From Candidatus Velthaea sp. (GTDB lineage: Bacteria; Vulcanimicrobiota; Vulcanimicrobiia; Vulcanimicrobiales; Vulcanimicrobiaceae): 64,000 nucleotides of DNA. The DNA lies in the NCBI GenBank assembly GCA_965214935.1, contig CBDCCS010000011.1, positions 64,001 through 128,000 of the forward strand. The letters run 5' to 3'. The notes beneath the pieces are model-generated. The model was not told where the DNA came from. It saw only the letters and a list, made by a program, of their open reading frames with translations, and did not search any database. The number at the start of each line of letters is the position of its first letter. Within the stretch, counting starts at the first letter, position 1. Of the stretch, positions 1-10,013 are shown piece by piece. Position numbers and translations under genes: made by a program.

Positions 1-940
1 CGCCATGCTGGACCGCGCGCATCAGCTCATGGACGAAGGCGTCGATGTCGTGGCCGCCTTGATCGAGACGCACGGACGGGTCGATACGGCGAAGCAAATG
101 ACCGGGATCGAAATGGTCGAGCGTTTAGCAAACGGAGAACTCGACCGCGACGCGGTGTTGCGGCGGCGGCCGGGCGTCGTGCTGATCGATGAGCTGGCGC
201 ATACCAATGCACCGGGCAGCACGTATCCCAAACGCTACGACGACGTCATCAATATCTTGCGCGACGGCATCTCGGTGACGACCACGCTAAACGTGCAACA
301 TCTCAGCGGTCTGGGCGATGCGGTCGAACGGCTGACCGGGATGCACGTGCGCGAAACGTTACCCGACTCGATCCTCGAACTCGCCGATGACGTCATCTTC
401 ATCGACGTTACGCCGGACGTTTTGCGCGACCGGTTGCGGCAGGGCAAGATATATCCGGCTGAACGCATCGATGCCGCGCTTTCAAACTTTTTTCGAGCCG
501 AAAACCTCGCCGCGCTGCGCGAATTAACGGTTCGCGAACTCATGCACGCCCGCGGCGGCCGGCGCGCCGCGCCGCCGTTTTTGCGCATCGTGCTGGGTGT
601 CGCGGCGCGCGAACGCGATGTGGTGCTGATCGAACGTATGGCGCGCTTAGCCGCGCGGCTCGACGTCGATCTGCTGGTCTTGCATATCGCGCTGCCCGGT
701 AAAGAACCGGCGCCGGCGATCATCGACCTGCTCGCCAAAGCGACCCGCGCGGCGAAAGGCAAGTGGCGGCTCGAGGTCAACAGCGATCCGGCCGCGGCGC
801 TCTGCGCGGCGGCGAACGAGCTCGACGTCGTGGTTGTAGAATCGCCGCGCGTCAAGCAGCGGTTATTCGGACCCGCCTCATTTGCAGCGAAAGTCGTTCG
901 GGCCGGTGCCGACGAGTTGCTGGTACTCGCGCCGCGTTAA
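1..940 (+). CDS. kdpD: KdpD N-terminal sensor domain + USP-like domain protein (5' end cut by window edge; no transmembrane or kinase domain before stop)
   Basis: Motifs IETHGR, LIDELAHTNAPGS, TTLNVQHL, RETLPD and RLRQGKIY are typical of the KdpD N-domain; adjacent to kdpABC; starts mid-motif (...AML). Confidence 0.85.
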   Translation, partial: AMLDRAHQLMDEGVDVVAALIETHGRVDTAKQMTGIEMVERLANGELDRDAVLRRRPGVVLIDELAHTNAPGSTYPKRYDDVINILRDGISVTTTLNVQHLSGLGDAVERLTGMHVRETLPDSILELADDVIFIDVTPDVLRDRLRQGKIYPAERIDAALSNFFRAENLAALRELTVRELMHARGGRRAAPPFLRIVLGVAARERDVVLIERMARLAARLDVDLLVLHIALPGKEPAPAIIDLLAKATRAAKGKWRLEVNSDPAAALCAAANELDVVVVESPRVKQRLFGPASFAAKVVRAGADELLVLAPR

Positions 941-968
941 GCCGTTCGCTGATCGGCAGCGGGCGACG

Positions 969-1157
969 CTACCACAATACGCCGTCGCCGACCAGCACGT
1001 ACAAAATCGGTCCGATGCCCCAGATGAGGCCGAGCAGCGCCCAAAGGATCTTCTTGGTGCGTCCGAGATCGGTGCGTCCGGCCAAATTGATCCACATGAG
1101 AATGACGGCAATCGGGTGCAGAATCGCCGACAGGACCAATTCGATAACGAGCTTCAT
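969..1157 (-). CDS. small two-helix membrane protein (PLDc N-terminal-like)
   Basis: 62 aa; two hydrophobic segments with a K-x-L-W...GPILY pattern; co-oriented downstream of kdpC. Confidence 0.6.
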   Translation of the reverse strand: MKLVIELVLSAILHPIAVILMWINLAGRTDLGRTKKILWALLGLIWGIGPILYVLVGDGVLW

Positions 1158-1192
1158 TCAAGCGTCTTTCGACCGCGAGCGGCGCCCGGCCG

Positions 1193-1858
1193 CTAACGGG
1201 TTGCATCGAGTGCGCGATTGAGCTCGAACACATTGACGCGCGGTTCACCGAGAAAGCCGAACGTCCGGCCGCGGACGTGCGCCGCAACGAGCGTACGTAC
1301 GGCGTCGAGGGGTATATGCCGCGCTTTGGCTACGCGTGCAGCTTGATACTCGGCGCCTTCGGGCGAGATATCGGGATCGATTCCACTGCCGCTCGACGTC
1401 ACGAGATTTATCGGCGGCTCGCCGATTGCATCGGGGTTTGCTTTGCGCAGTGCGGCAATCGTTGCCCGCGTGGCGTCGATGAGTTTCTTACTCGTCGGTC
1501 CGAGATTCGTGCCGCCCGTCGAGGTCGGATCGTAGCCGTTCTTACCGGCGGCCGACGGCCGGCCGGCAAAATATTGCGGCTTGGTGAAGAGCTGGCCGAT
1601 GATCTCAGACCCGATCGGTTTACCGGCCTGCATCACCATCGAACCCCCGGCTTGATGCGGAAAAAGCAGCGAGCCGATGACCGTGATCGCGAGCGGATAC
1701 ACGATCCCGAGCGCAACGACCGTAACGACGGTGTACACGATCGACGTGACGATATGCGACAGGCTGGATTCACCCTTGTTCGACGGTTGCGCGGGTTCGG
1801 CCGGCGGAACCGCTGCCGTTGCGGTCGCGTTTTTCGATGCTTGAACGATGGTACTCAT
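1193..1858 (-). CDS. kdpC: K+-transporting ATPase subunit C
   Basis: GSEIIGQLF, YFAGRPSA, SGSGIDPDIS, GEPRVNV motifs; ATG at 1858 with GGGGAG RBS. Confidence 0.95.
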   Translation of the reverse strand: MSTIVQASKNATATAAVPPAEPAQPSNKGESSLSHIVTSIVYTVVTVVALGIVYPLAITVIGSLLFPHQAGGSMVMQAGKPIGSEIIGQLFTKPQYFAGRPSAAGKNGYDPTSTGGTNLGPTSKKLIDATRATIAALRKANPDAIGEPPINLVTSSGSGIDPDISPEGAEYQAARVAKARHIPLDAVRTLVAAHVRGRTFGFLGEPRVNVFELNRALDATR

Positions 1859-1920
1859 TGATACTCCCCAAGACGGTGTCGCCGAAGAACCTGATGGGAC
1901 GTAATGGAGTCCGCGATCCC

Positions 1921-3972
1921 TCATGTGAGGTGTAAGGCGGTCAGCAAAACGTCGATGATTTTAATGCCGACGAACGGCACGATAATGCCGCCGAGCCCGT
2001 AAATGAGCGCATTCTCGCGCAGTACGGCGTCCGCTCCGCGCGGCTTGTACGCGACCCCGCGCAGTGCTAGCGGGATGAGCGCGATGATGATGAGCGCATT
2101 GAAAATGATCGCGGACAAAATCGCGCTTTGCGGCGTCGATAGGCGCATGATATTGAGCCCGCTCATGACCGGATAGGCCGTAGCGAACATCGCCGGCAGA
2201 ATGGCGAAATATTTAGCGACGTCGTTGGCGATCGAAAATGTGGTGAGTGCACCGCGCGTCATAAGCAGCTGTTTACCGACTTCGACGACTTCGATGAGCT
2301 TCGTCGGATCCGAATCAAGATCGACCATGTTGCCGGCCTCTTTTGCGGCCTGCGTCCCGGAGTTCATGGCGACGCCGACGTCGGCTTGAGCGAGCGCCGG
2401 CGCATCGTTCGTGCCGTCGCCGGTCATTGCAACAAGCCGGCCCGAACCTTGTTCGCGGCGGATCAGTGCCATTTTCGTTTCGGGCGTCGCCTCGGCGAGG
2501 AAGTCGTCCACGCCGGCTTCGGTCGCGATCGCGCTCGCCGTGAGCGGATTGTCGCCGGTGATCATGATGGTGCGAATGCCCATCGCGCGCAGTCGCGAGA
2601 AACGCTCGCGCATGTTCGGCTTGAGGATGTCCTTGAGATAGATGACTCCGAGAATGCCGCGTTCGCTCGCAAGCAGCAGCGGCGTACCGCCGGCGCGTGC
2701 GATGCGTTCGACATCGCCGTCTAAGGCAAAGTCCGTCGATGCGCCGCGCTGTTCGCGCACCCACGCCTTAACGGAATCCGGCGCACCCTTGCGCACTTTG
2801 GAGCCGTCGGCGAAGTCGAGCCCGCTCATGCGCGTATAGGCGCTGAACGGGACGAATTCCGCACCGTCCGGCACGCGCGATGCCGGATCCCCGGCATTGC
2901 CTAAGCCGGCTTGCGGGGCCGCGAGTAGAACGATCGAGCGCCCTTCGGGCGTTTCGTCTGCCAGCGACGACAGATAGGCCGCGCGATAGACCTCTTGTAC
3001 GTTCAAACCGGGCACGACCACGATCTCCGTCGCCTGCCGGTTCCCCAGCGTGATCGTACCGGTTTTATCGAGCAGCAACGTGTCCACGTCGCCCGCCGCC
3101 TCCACGGCACGGCCGCTCATCGCCAGCACGTTGCGCTGCAGCACGCGATCCATCCCGGCGATACCGATCGCCGAAAGCAAACCGCCGATGGTCGTCGGAA
3201 TCAAACAGACGAGCAGCGCAATGAGCACCACGATGCTCGGCACCGCCCCGGCGTAAATCGAAAACGGTGCGAGCGTTGCAACGGCGATGAGAAAGACGAT
3301 CGTTAAACCGGCCAGTAAAATCGACAGCGCGATCTCGTTGGGCGTCTTCTGACGTTGCGCGCCTTCGACGAGCGAGATCATCCGGTCCAGAAACGATTCG
3401 CCCGGATTTGCGCCGACGATGAGTTCGATTTGATCGGACAGCACGCGCGTTCCACCGGTAACCGAACTGCGGTCGCCGCCGGCTTCGCGAATGACCGGTG
3501 CGGATTCACCCGTGATCGCCGACTCATCGACGGTTGCCGCACCGAGCACGACTTCACCGTCGGCGGGGATGAGTTCACCGGCATCGACGCGGATGCGATC
3601 GCCTTTACGCAGCAACGTCGCGCTAACGGTTTCGAGTTTGCCTTCGACGATGCGTTTGGCCGATGTGTCGGATTTCGTGCGGCGCAGGAAGTCGGCTTGC
3701 GCTTTACCCCGGCCTTCGGCAACGGCTTCGGCGAAATTGGCGAAGACGACGGTGAACCAGAGCCACAACGAAATTGCGACGTCGAAACTGCCCTGTCCGT
3801 CGGCGTGCATATAGTCGCGGATAGCGAAGATTGCCGAAACGAGCGCGCCGACTTCGACGATGAACATGACGGGGTTACGCAGTTGCCAGCGCGGATCGAG
3901 CTTTTTGAACGACTCGACGATCGCCGGAGCGATAATCTCGCGATCGAACAGCGGACGTTGACGCGAAACCAT
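1921..3972 (-). CDS. kdpB: K+-transporting ATPase subunit B (P-type ATPase)
   Basis: [20 protein letters not shown] and GDGTND motifs. Confidence 0.98.
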   Translation of the reverse strand: MVSRQRPLFDREIIAPAIVESFKKLDPRWQLRNPVMFIVEVGALVSAIFAIRDYMHADGQGSFDVAISLWLWFTVVFANFAEAVAEGRGKAQADFLRRTKSDTSAKRIVEGKLETVSATLLRKGDRIRVDAGELIPADGEVVLGAATVDESAITGESAPVIREAGGDRSSVTGGTRVLSDQIELIVGANPGESFLDRMISLVEGAQRQKTPNEIALSILLAGLTIVFLIAVATLAPFSIYAGAVPSIVVLIALLVCLIPTTIGGLLSAIGIAGMDRVLQRNVLAMSGRAVEAAGDVDTLLLDKTGTITLGNRQATEIVVVPGLNVQEVYRAAYLSSLADETPEGRSIVLLAAPQAGLGNAGDPASRVPDGAEFVPFSAYTRMSGLDFADGSKVRKGAPDSVKAWVREQRGASTDFALDGDVERIARAGGTPLLLASERGILGVIYLKDILKPNMRERFSRLRAMGIRTIMITGDNPLTASAIATEAGVDDFLAEATPETKMALIRREQGSGRLVAMTGDGTNDAPALAQADVGVAMNSGTQAAKEAGNMVDLDSDPTKLIEVVEVGKQLLMTRGALTTFSIANDVAKYFAILPAMFATAYPVMSGLNIMRLSTPQSAILSAIIFNALIIIALIPLALRGVAYKPRGADAVLRENALIYGLGGIIVPFVGIKIIDVLLTALHLT

Positions 3973-5672
3973 CAAAACGTTTGTCCTTTGAGCATCTGGA
4001 GATGCTCGACGATCGGACCTAAAGCGTCCGCGGGAAGGAACGTCAGCAATCCGACGATGACGATGACGCTCAGCAGTAGCGCAACGAAGACGGGCGACGT
4101 CGTGGTGAACGTTCCGGCGGTTACCGGGACGGCTTTTTTACCGGCCAGCGCACCGGCCAGCGCGATCATCGGCACAACGATAGCAAAGCGTCCGAAGAAC
4201 ATCGCGGTGCCGGTTAAGATGTTGTAGAACGTATTGCTCGTTAAACCGCCGAACGCCGAACCGTTGTTGCCCGTCGACGACGAGAACGCGTAGAGTATTT
4301 CGGAGAACCCGTGCGATCCGGTGTTGCCCAGCGTCGCCAAGCCGTCTTTGCTAACGGCTGCGATTGCGGTGGGAACGAGCGAAAACAGCGGTACGACGAG
4401 CAGCGCGAGAATCGCCAACTGGACTTCGCGACGTTCGATTTTCTTACCGAGATACTCGGGCGTCCGGCCGACCATGAGCCCGGCTAAAAACACGGTGAGC
4501 ACAACGAAGAGAATCATGCCGTAGAATCCGCTGCCGACGCCGCCGAAAATGATCTCGCCGAGTTGGATGTTAAGCAGCGGGACTAAACCGCCCAGCGGCG
4601 TGAATGAGTCGTGCTGTGCGTTGACCGCGCCGCACGACGTATCGGTCGTCATGGTGGCGAACAGCGTCGATGCGGCGACTCCGAAGCGCGTATCTTTGCC
4701 TTCGAGGTTCGGACCGTGAACGCCCAGTTGCGCAACGATCGGATTGCCGCCGGACTCCGCGCCGTATGTTGCGGCAAAACCGGCGACGAACACGATCGTC
4801 ATTGCGATGAAGATCGCCCAGCCCTGCCGCTGATCTTTCGCAAAGCGCCCGAACGTATACGTGAGCGCGCCGGCGATGAGGAAAATACACACCATTTCGA
4901 GCAGGTTCGAACCCGGGGTCGGATTTTCGTTCGGCGAGATCGAGTTGGCGCCGACGAAACCGCCGCCGTTCGTGCCTAATTCTTTGATGATTTCTTGCGA
5001 GGCCATCGGCCCGCCGGTGATCGTTTGGGTGACGCCCTCGAGACCCTTGACGTCGGTGTAAGCCGCAAAATTTTGCGGGACGCCCTGCCAAAGCAGCAGT
5101 AGCGCACCGAGGATCGATAGCGGTAGAAGCACGTATAAGATCGAGCGCGTCATGTCCACCCAGAAATTACCGAGCGTCTTCCGATCGGTTCGGACGATCC
5201 CGCGCATGAACGCGATCGACAGCGCGATACCGGCTGCCGCCGAAACGAAGTTGTGCCACGCCAAACCGATCATCTGCGATAGGTAGCTCATCGACGACTC
5301 ACCGGAATAAAATTGCCAATTCGTGTTGGTCAGAAAGCTGATAGCGGTATTCCAGGCAAGATCGGGCGAAAAGTTTCCGAAGTGCTGCGGATTGAGCGGC
5401 AGCGCTGCTTGCGTGCGTAACAGCACGTACAAATAGACGAAGCCGACCAGGCTAAAGCCGAAGAGTGCCAAGACATACGAACGCCACCCCATCTCGCGCT
5501 CGGGTGTAATCCGGCAGACTCGATATAGGATGCTTTCGACCGGCGCGAGTACCGGCGACAAGAAAACGCGCTCTCCGGCGAACACCCGGTACATGTAGAG
5601 CCCTAAGGGCTTGACGCACGCTAAAACGAGCGCAAAGGTCACGCTGGCCTCGAACCAGCCGACGGCCGTCAT
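3972..5672 (-). CDS. kdpA: K+-transporting ATPase subunit A
   Basis: [29 protein letters not shown] and NNGSAFGG motifs; ATG at 5672 overlaps kdpF stop (TGATG). Confidence 0.97.
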   Translation of the reverse strand: MTAVGWFEASVTFALVLACVKPLGLYMYRVFAGERVFLSPVLAPVESILYRVCRITPEREMGWRSYVLALFGFSLVGFVYLYVLLRTQAALPLNPQHFGNFSPDLAWNTAISFLTNTNWQFYSGESSMSYLSQMIGLAWHNFVSAAAGIALSIAFMRGIVRTDRKTLGNFWVDMTRSILYVLLPLSILGALLLLWQGVPQNFAAYTDVKGLEGVTQTITGGPMASQEIIKELGTNGGGFVGANSISPNENPTPGSNLLEMVCIFLIAGALTYTFGRFAKDQRQGWAIFIAMTIVFVAGFAATYGAESGGNPIVAQLGVHGPNLEGKDTRFGVAASTLFATMTTDTSCGAVNAQHDSFTPLGGLVPLLNIQLGEIIFGGVGSGFYGMILFVVLTVFLAGLMVGRTPEYLGKKIERREVQLAILALLVVPLFSLVPTAIAAVSKDGLATLGNTGSHGFSEILYAFSSSTGNNGSAFGGLTSNTFYNILTGTAMFFGRFAIVVPMIALAGALAGKKAVPVTAGTFTTTSPVFVALLLSVIVIVGLLTFLPADALGPIVEHLQMLKGQTF

Positions 5673-5761
5673 CAAAATTTCTCCGGCCGAAGCATTGCGT
5701 AGGTCAGATACACGAGTGCTCCTGCTGCGAGCACGAGGCCCACGAGCAAATCTGCATTCAT
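5672..5761 (-). CDS. kdpF: K+-transporting ATPase subunit F (29 aa, MNADLLVGLVLAAGALVYLTYAMLRPEKF)
   Basis: Read manually; hydrophobic helix ending YLxYAMLRPEKF (KdpF signature); stop overlaps kdpA start. Confidence 0.93.
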   Translation of the reverse strand: MNADLLVGLVLAAGALVYLTYAMLRPEKF

Positions 5762-5847
5762 ATCCGTTCGCATCCGGCTGCGTAACGGTCGAGCAGCGCA
5801 AAAAAAACGATCGATAAAACGATCAGCGCAAGTTCAAGGACGATCAT
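5758..5847 (-). CDS. 29-aa membrane peptide upstream of kdpF (MIVLELALIVLSIVFFALLDRYAAGCERI)
   Basis: Read manually; single hydrophobic helix; ATGA overlap with kdpF start. Confidence 0.7.
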   Translation of the reverse strand: MIVLELALIVLSIVFFALLDRYAAGCERI

Positions 5848-5885
5848 CGGTCGGCATCAACTCCGCCGCTGTGCGGCGACAAGGC

Positions 5886-5891
5886 AGTATA
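5886..5891 (-). promoter_or_regulatory. putative -10 element (TATACT) of the kdp operon
   Basis: TATACT on minus strand ~40 nt upstream of first kdp ORF; no consensus -35 at 17 nt. Confidence 0.45.
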
Positions 5892-6110
5892 GGTCAGCAC
5901 CGAGTTTACGAATCTTCGCCGCGCGTGAGGAGCCGTCGAACGGATGATCCGTTCGGATGCAGGCCTTGAACGAATCGAAGATCAGCGTTAAGCGACGGCC
6001 AAGTCCGATCGAGCGTGCATTGCCGTGCAGGGAAATTTCTTTCAGCAAATGGTAGAAGGCATGCAATGTCGGCAATCTACCACGCACGACCCTGCGTTAG
6101 TGCGTTAGAG

Positions 6111-7703
6111 ATGAACGCCCGATTAATGACGTGCAGTCGGCTTTGGGCCTGGTGTGCGTCGGTTATTGTCCTCGGATTGACGCTCGCCGCCGCGCCGTCG
6201 TTGGTACAAGCACATCCGCTGGGAAATTTCACGACAAACCACCTGACGCGCCTTTCCGTCGCGCACGGCAAAGTCGGCGTGCTCTACGTGCTCGATATGG
6301 CCGAGATTCCGACCGTCGCGCTCGATCGAATGCTGGCCGATGACGGTCATCCCAGCGCGCGTCAATACGCCGCCTGGGGCACTGCGCACGCAGCCGCAAT
6401 TAGACCGCAGCTCGAATTACTCGCCGACGGACAGCGGGTTGAACTGCAGGCCCTCGACACGTCGGTTGTGACTCGCGCCGGTGCCGCCGGATTACCGACG
6501 GTCTATCTGCGCGCTCGGTTCGGCGCTGACGTCCCCAGCGGTACGAAGAATTTCGTTTATCACGATCGGTCGGAGCCGGGACGGCTCGGCTGGAAAGACG
6601 TCGTGCTAACGCCGGAAATCGAGCCGACGCACGAACTCCGCGTCTATCCAAGCGCCCTCGTCGGCTCGCCGCGCACGCGGCTGGCACTTGCAGCGGCAAT
6701 CGACAGACGCGGCGTCCCGCATCAAATCGCGGATGCGCCGGACGATGTTCCGGTCGTCAATGCGCCGTCGGTCGGGCGGATGGACGCGCTTTCGGATATT
6801 CTCAAACACGACGATAGCGGTCCGGCGTTCATCCTTGGAGCGCTGCTCTTGGCGGTTGGTTTAGGTGCACTCCATGCGCTTGAACCGGGCCACGGTAAGA
6901 CGCTGTTGGCCGTTTCACTCGTCGGGGCGCGGGCGACGGTACGGCAGGCGTTCATCTTGGCTGGATCGCTGACGTTCGCGCATACGATCGGCGTCATCGC
7001 GCTGGGAGCGATCGTGATGTTTGCGACGCGCTGGATCGTGCCCGAACAAATTTATCCCTGGATTACGCTCGGCTCGGGCTTGCTTGTCGCCGGCCTCGGT
7101 GCGCGGGCACTTGCGGCGGAAATGCGTCGGCGCCGGCCGATCGCCCACATTCACGTTCACGCGCATCCGCACGCGCATCCGCACGCTCACGACCACGCTC
7201 ACGGCTTAGGGGTCGACGAGCACGACCACACGAGCCTTAGCGACGACGCTCACGCGCGCGCGCATGCGGTTCCGGGGTCGGCGCCGCTGACGTTTCGAAC
7301 GGCCGTGTTGGCCGCTGCCAGCGGCAACCTTGCTCCGTGTCCGGCCGCCCTCGTCGTGCTGCTCGCTGCGATCGCGCTGCACCGAATTGCCCTCGGCATG
7401 ACGCTCATCGTCGCTTTCAGCTTCGGGCTGGCGGCAACGTTGACGGTGCTCGGCATTGCCGTCGTGCGCGGTGCTGCCTGGTTGTCGCGCCGTCCGCAAT
7501 TCGATAAAGCGGCGCGCTGGGCGCCGTTTGCCTCGGCCGGTGCAATCGCGCTGGTCGGTGCGGCGATGGTCGGCGAAGGACTCGTCGCCCAGGGTGTTCC
7601 GGCATCGGTCCCGATCCTGGCCGGCCTGACGTTCTTAGCGATCGTCGGTTACGCATTCGGCGTTCCGCATCGGCATCGCGCGCTTGAATCGAGCAGTGCA
7701 TGA
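6111..7703 (+). CDS. Ni/Co transporter (NicO/RcnA-like) with exported N-terminal domain and His-rich loop
   Basis: Signal peptide then HPLGNF; GALHALEPGHGKT; His-rich loop; PCPAA motif; start uncertain (6111 or 6126). Confidence 0.8.
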   Translation: MNARLMTCSRLWAWCASVIVLGLTLAAAPSLVQAHPLGNFTTNHLTRLSVAHGKVGVLYVLDMAEIPTVALDRMLADDGHPSARQYAAWGTAHAAAIRPQLELLADGQRVELQALDTSVVTRAGAAGLPTVYLRARFGADVPSGTKNFVYHDRSEPGRLGWKDVVLTPEIEPTHELRVYPSALVGSPRTRLALAAAIDRRGVPHQIADAPDDVPVVNAPSVGRMDALSDILKHDDSGPAFILGALLLAVGLGALHALEPGHGKTLLAVSLVGARATVRQAFILAGSLTFAHTIGVIALGAIVMFATRWIVPEQIYPWITLGSGLLVAGLGARALAAEMRRRRPIAHIHVHAHPHAHPHAHDHAHGLGVDEHDHTSLSDDAHARAHAVPGSAPLTFRTAVLAAASGNLAPCPAALVVLLAAIALHRIALGMTLIVAFSFGLAATLTVLGIAVVRGAAWLSRRPQFDKAARWAPFASAGAIALVGAAMVGEGLVAQGVPASVPILAGLTFLAIVGYAFGVPHRHRALESSSA

Positions 7704-8524
7704 TCGGCTTGAGCGCCGTGACGGTTTTTGTGATCGGCCTGCGCCACGGTGCGGATCCCGATCATCTTGCCGCCATCGATAACGTTACGCGCAATGCATA
7801 CGCAAAGACGCCGTTTCTCAGCCGTTTCGTCGGTACGATGTTTGCCGGCGGCCACTCGATCATGGTGCTTGCACTCTCGGCCCTCGTGGGTTTGCTGGGT
7901 CAGCGTTTCTCGGCGCACGGTGCGCTGATCGAAACGATCGGAACGTGGGTCAGCATCGTCGTGCTGTTTCTCATTGCCGCTGCAAATCTGTGGCAATTGC
8001 GGCAAGGTGATGCAAGTCGAATCGTCGGCGCGAAGACGCGTTTGCTGCCGCGGGCGTTGCGCAACGGCAACAGCGCATTGCTCGCGATTCCGATCGGCCT
8101 TCTGTTCGGCTTCGGGTTCGAGACCTCGAGCCAAGTCGCAACGTACGCCGTTGCGTTCGGAGCGGACTCCGGCGTTTGGGGCGCAGTTGTTATCGGTGCG
8201 ATGTTTTGTTTTGGTATGATCGTCACCGATACGCTCGACAGTGTCGTGGTACACCGGTTAATCTCATTTCGTTCCGACCGGCTGCCGCGCATCATGCGCG
8301 TTTGGATCGTCTCGGTCACCGTTTTCGCTCTTGTTATCGCACTTTACGAGCTTGCGCAGATTTGCGGTTGGCAACCACCGTTTTCCGATTTAGTGGTGAG
8401 CGGTTCGCTGGTAACTGCGCTGGCTCTGGTCTTTGTTTACGTTTTCTATCAGACACGTAAGCATCCGCTCACGTCGTTACCCGAGCCGCAATTAGCGGCA
8501 ACCACAACAGGAGAAGGTCCATGA
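7700..8524 (+). CDS. HoxN/HupN/NixA-family nickel/cobalt permease
   Basis: GLRHGADPDHLAAID, GHS and LFGFGFET motifs; ATGA overlap with upstream gene. Confidence 0.85.
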   Translation: MIGLSAVTVFVIGLRHGADPDHLAAIDNVTRNAYAKTPFLSRFVGTMFAGGHSIMVLALSALVGLLGQRFSAHGALIETIGTWVSIVVLFLIAAANLWQLRQGDASRIVGAKTRLLPRALRNGNSALLAIPIGLLFGFGFETSSQVATYAVAFGADSGVWGAVVIGAMFCFGMIVTDTLDSVVVHRLISFRSDRLPRIMRVWIVSVTVFALVIALYELAQICGWQPPFSDLVVSGSLVTALALVFVYVFYQTRKHPLTSLPEPQLAATTTGEGP

Positions 8525-9330
8525 AACTACGCTCAGGTGCGCTGGGCGGGGTTGCGGCGATTGCTGCGCTGGTCGTTACGGCCGTCGCTTACAATACGCT
8601 TCCCGTCCGCGGTTCCGACCACCAAGACTCAGTATTGACATTCGCACGTCCGGCAGCCGATATTACCGATGTTTTCCTTTATCCCAGCACGGATCCGGCG
8701 AAAGTCGTGCTGCAAATGGATCTGGACACGTCGCTGTCGCCGTCGGCAAATCTCACTCAACTCGATCCGGGCGTCTTGTATCAATTTAAAATCGCGCATA
8801 GCGCTACCGGTGGTGCCGGCGGCGCCGAAGACATGGTCATTCAATTACTGCCGCAGGGCAACGGCGCCGGCCAGACGGTCAACGTATACGGTCCGTTCGC
8901 GCCGTCCGCGACCGGACCGGTTAGCGTATCGGGCGCGCTGAGCGGCTCGGTTCCGTTTAGCGCTCCCGGCGCGGCTTCAAGCGGTACCGTGCTTGCCAAC
9001 GGAATGCGCGTTTTTGTCGGTGAGCGTGCCGACCCGTTCTTCTTCGACCTCGCGCAGTTCTTCAAAATTCTGCCCGATCGCAATGTCGGTAATCAGCCCA
9101 ACCCGCCGCCGCCGCTAACGCAAGCAACGGGCTTCCGCGGCTTTACCGCGGCGTTTAACGCAGCACACGCAACTGCTTGCGATACGACTCCGGCAGTCGA
9201 CTTTCTCTCGGCGAACCATGGGAACGTGGTTTCAATCGTGGTCGAAGCACCGCGCGCTTTGATTGCCCCGGACCCAACGAAGCAAACGATTCACTTGTGG
9301 ACGACGACGTCCACGGCGACGGGGAGCTAG
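8521..9330 (+). CDS. DUF4331-like exported protein (N-terminal-type half)
   Basis: Signal/anchor followed by SDHQD, ADITDVF and FVGERADPFFFD motifs. Confidence 0.7.
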   Translation: MKLRSGALGGVAAIAALVVTAVAYNTLPVRGSDHQDSVLTFARPAADITDVFLYPSTDPAKVVLQMDLDTSLSPSANLTQLDPGVLYQFKIAHSATGGAGGAEDMVIQLLPQGNGAGQTVNVYGPFAPSATGPVSVSGALSGSVPFSAPGAASSGTVLANGMRVFVGERADPFFFDLAQFFKILPDRNVGNQPNPPPPLTQATGFRGFTAAFNAAHATACDTTPAVDFLSANHGNVVSIVVEAPRALIAPDPTKQTIHLWTTTSTATGS

Positions 9331-9336
9331 TCCAAC

Positions 9337-9939
9337 ATGAAGCAAACTCTGCTCTCGTTCGTAGCGATTTATGCCTTGGTCATCGGAGCGGCAAGCTGTA
9401 ACAGCACGAGCAACGCTCCGGCTCCTACGCCGCCGGCCGTCGCCGGCACCGCGGGTTACCATCAAGTCGAGCGGCTGGCGCGACCGGCAATCAAAGAAGC
9501 CACGGAGTCGTTCGCAAATCACGCGATTACCAATACCGTTTCACCGGAAAGCGCGACGACCGACAGCGTGTTGGCCGGGTCGATTCACGACTTCGCGAAA
9601 TTCGTCGGGCGGGATGAAGCGCACGCAACGACGCTCGTAGCGATCCTCGTGCCGGATGAACTAACGGCCGATCTCAGCAAGCCCGACGCCCATGCATCGT
9701 ACCTTGGTGTCGAGACGGGTGGCTTTACCGGCAGCCATTTCGGTGGTCGCGGTTTGTCCGACGACGTCATCGATATCGATCTGTATGCGGTGTTCGGGAC
9801 GGCGCTCAGCGATCTTGGTTTAGTGCCGGACGATCATCACGCGCTGCCGTGCTTGACGACCGACAACGTTTCGGCCGCGCAGGGACAAGCAACCGATAAC
9901 ATCACCGGCGGCTTCCCGTACGTCGGCGCGCCGCACTAG
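9337..9939 (+). CDS. DUF4331-like lipoprotein (C-terminal-type half)
   Basis: Lipobox-like AASC; QVERLARPAI, GGRGLSDDVID and C-terminal FPYVGAPH motifs. Confidence 0.7.
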   Translation: MKQTLLSFVAIYALVIGAASCNSTSNAPAPTPPAVAGTAGYHQVERLARPAIKEATESFANHAITNTVSPESATTDSVLAGSIHDFAKFVGRDEAHATTLVAILVPDELTADLSKPDAHASYLGVETGGFTGSHFGGRGLSDDVIDIDLYAVFGTALSDLGLVPDDHHALPCLTTDNVSAAQGQATDNITGGFPYVGAPH

Positions 9940-10013
9940 TTCGACTGCCTAGCCGAACCCCGCGGCTGATTGCGGCAAGCGCATTTCTTGCGCTTGCCGC
10001 TTGGCCCTTTTTC

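Noticed and set aside
5850..6110. c-di-AMP riboswitch or KdpE box upstream of kdp; TGGTAGA/TCTACCA inverted repeat at 6050-6082
   Set aside because: No ydaO-type consensus; only weak similarity to KdpE repeats; the 7-bp repeat is unassignable
7143..7230. Short DNA repeats CACGCGCATCCG
   Set aside because: Explained by the His-rich loop of the Ni/Co transporter
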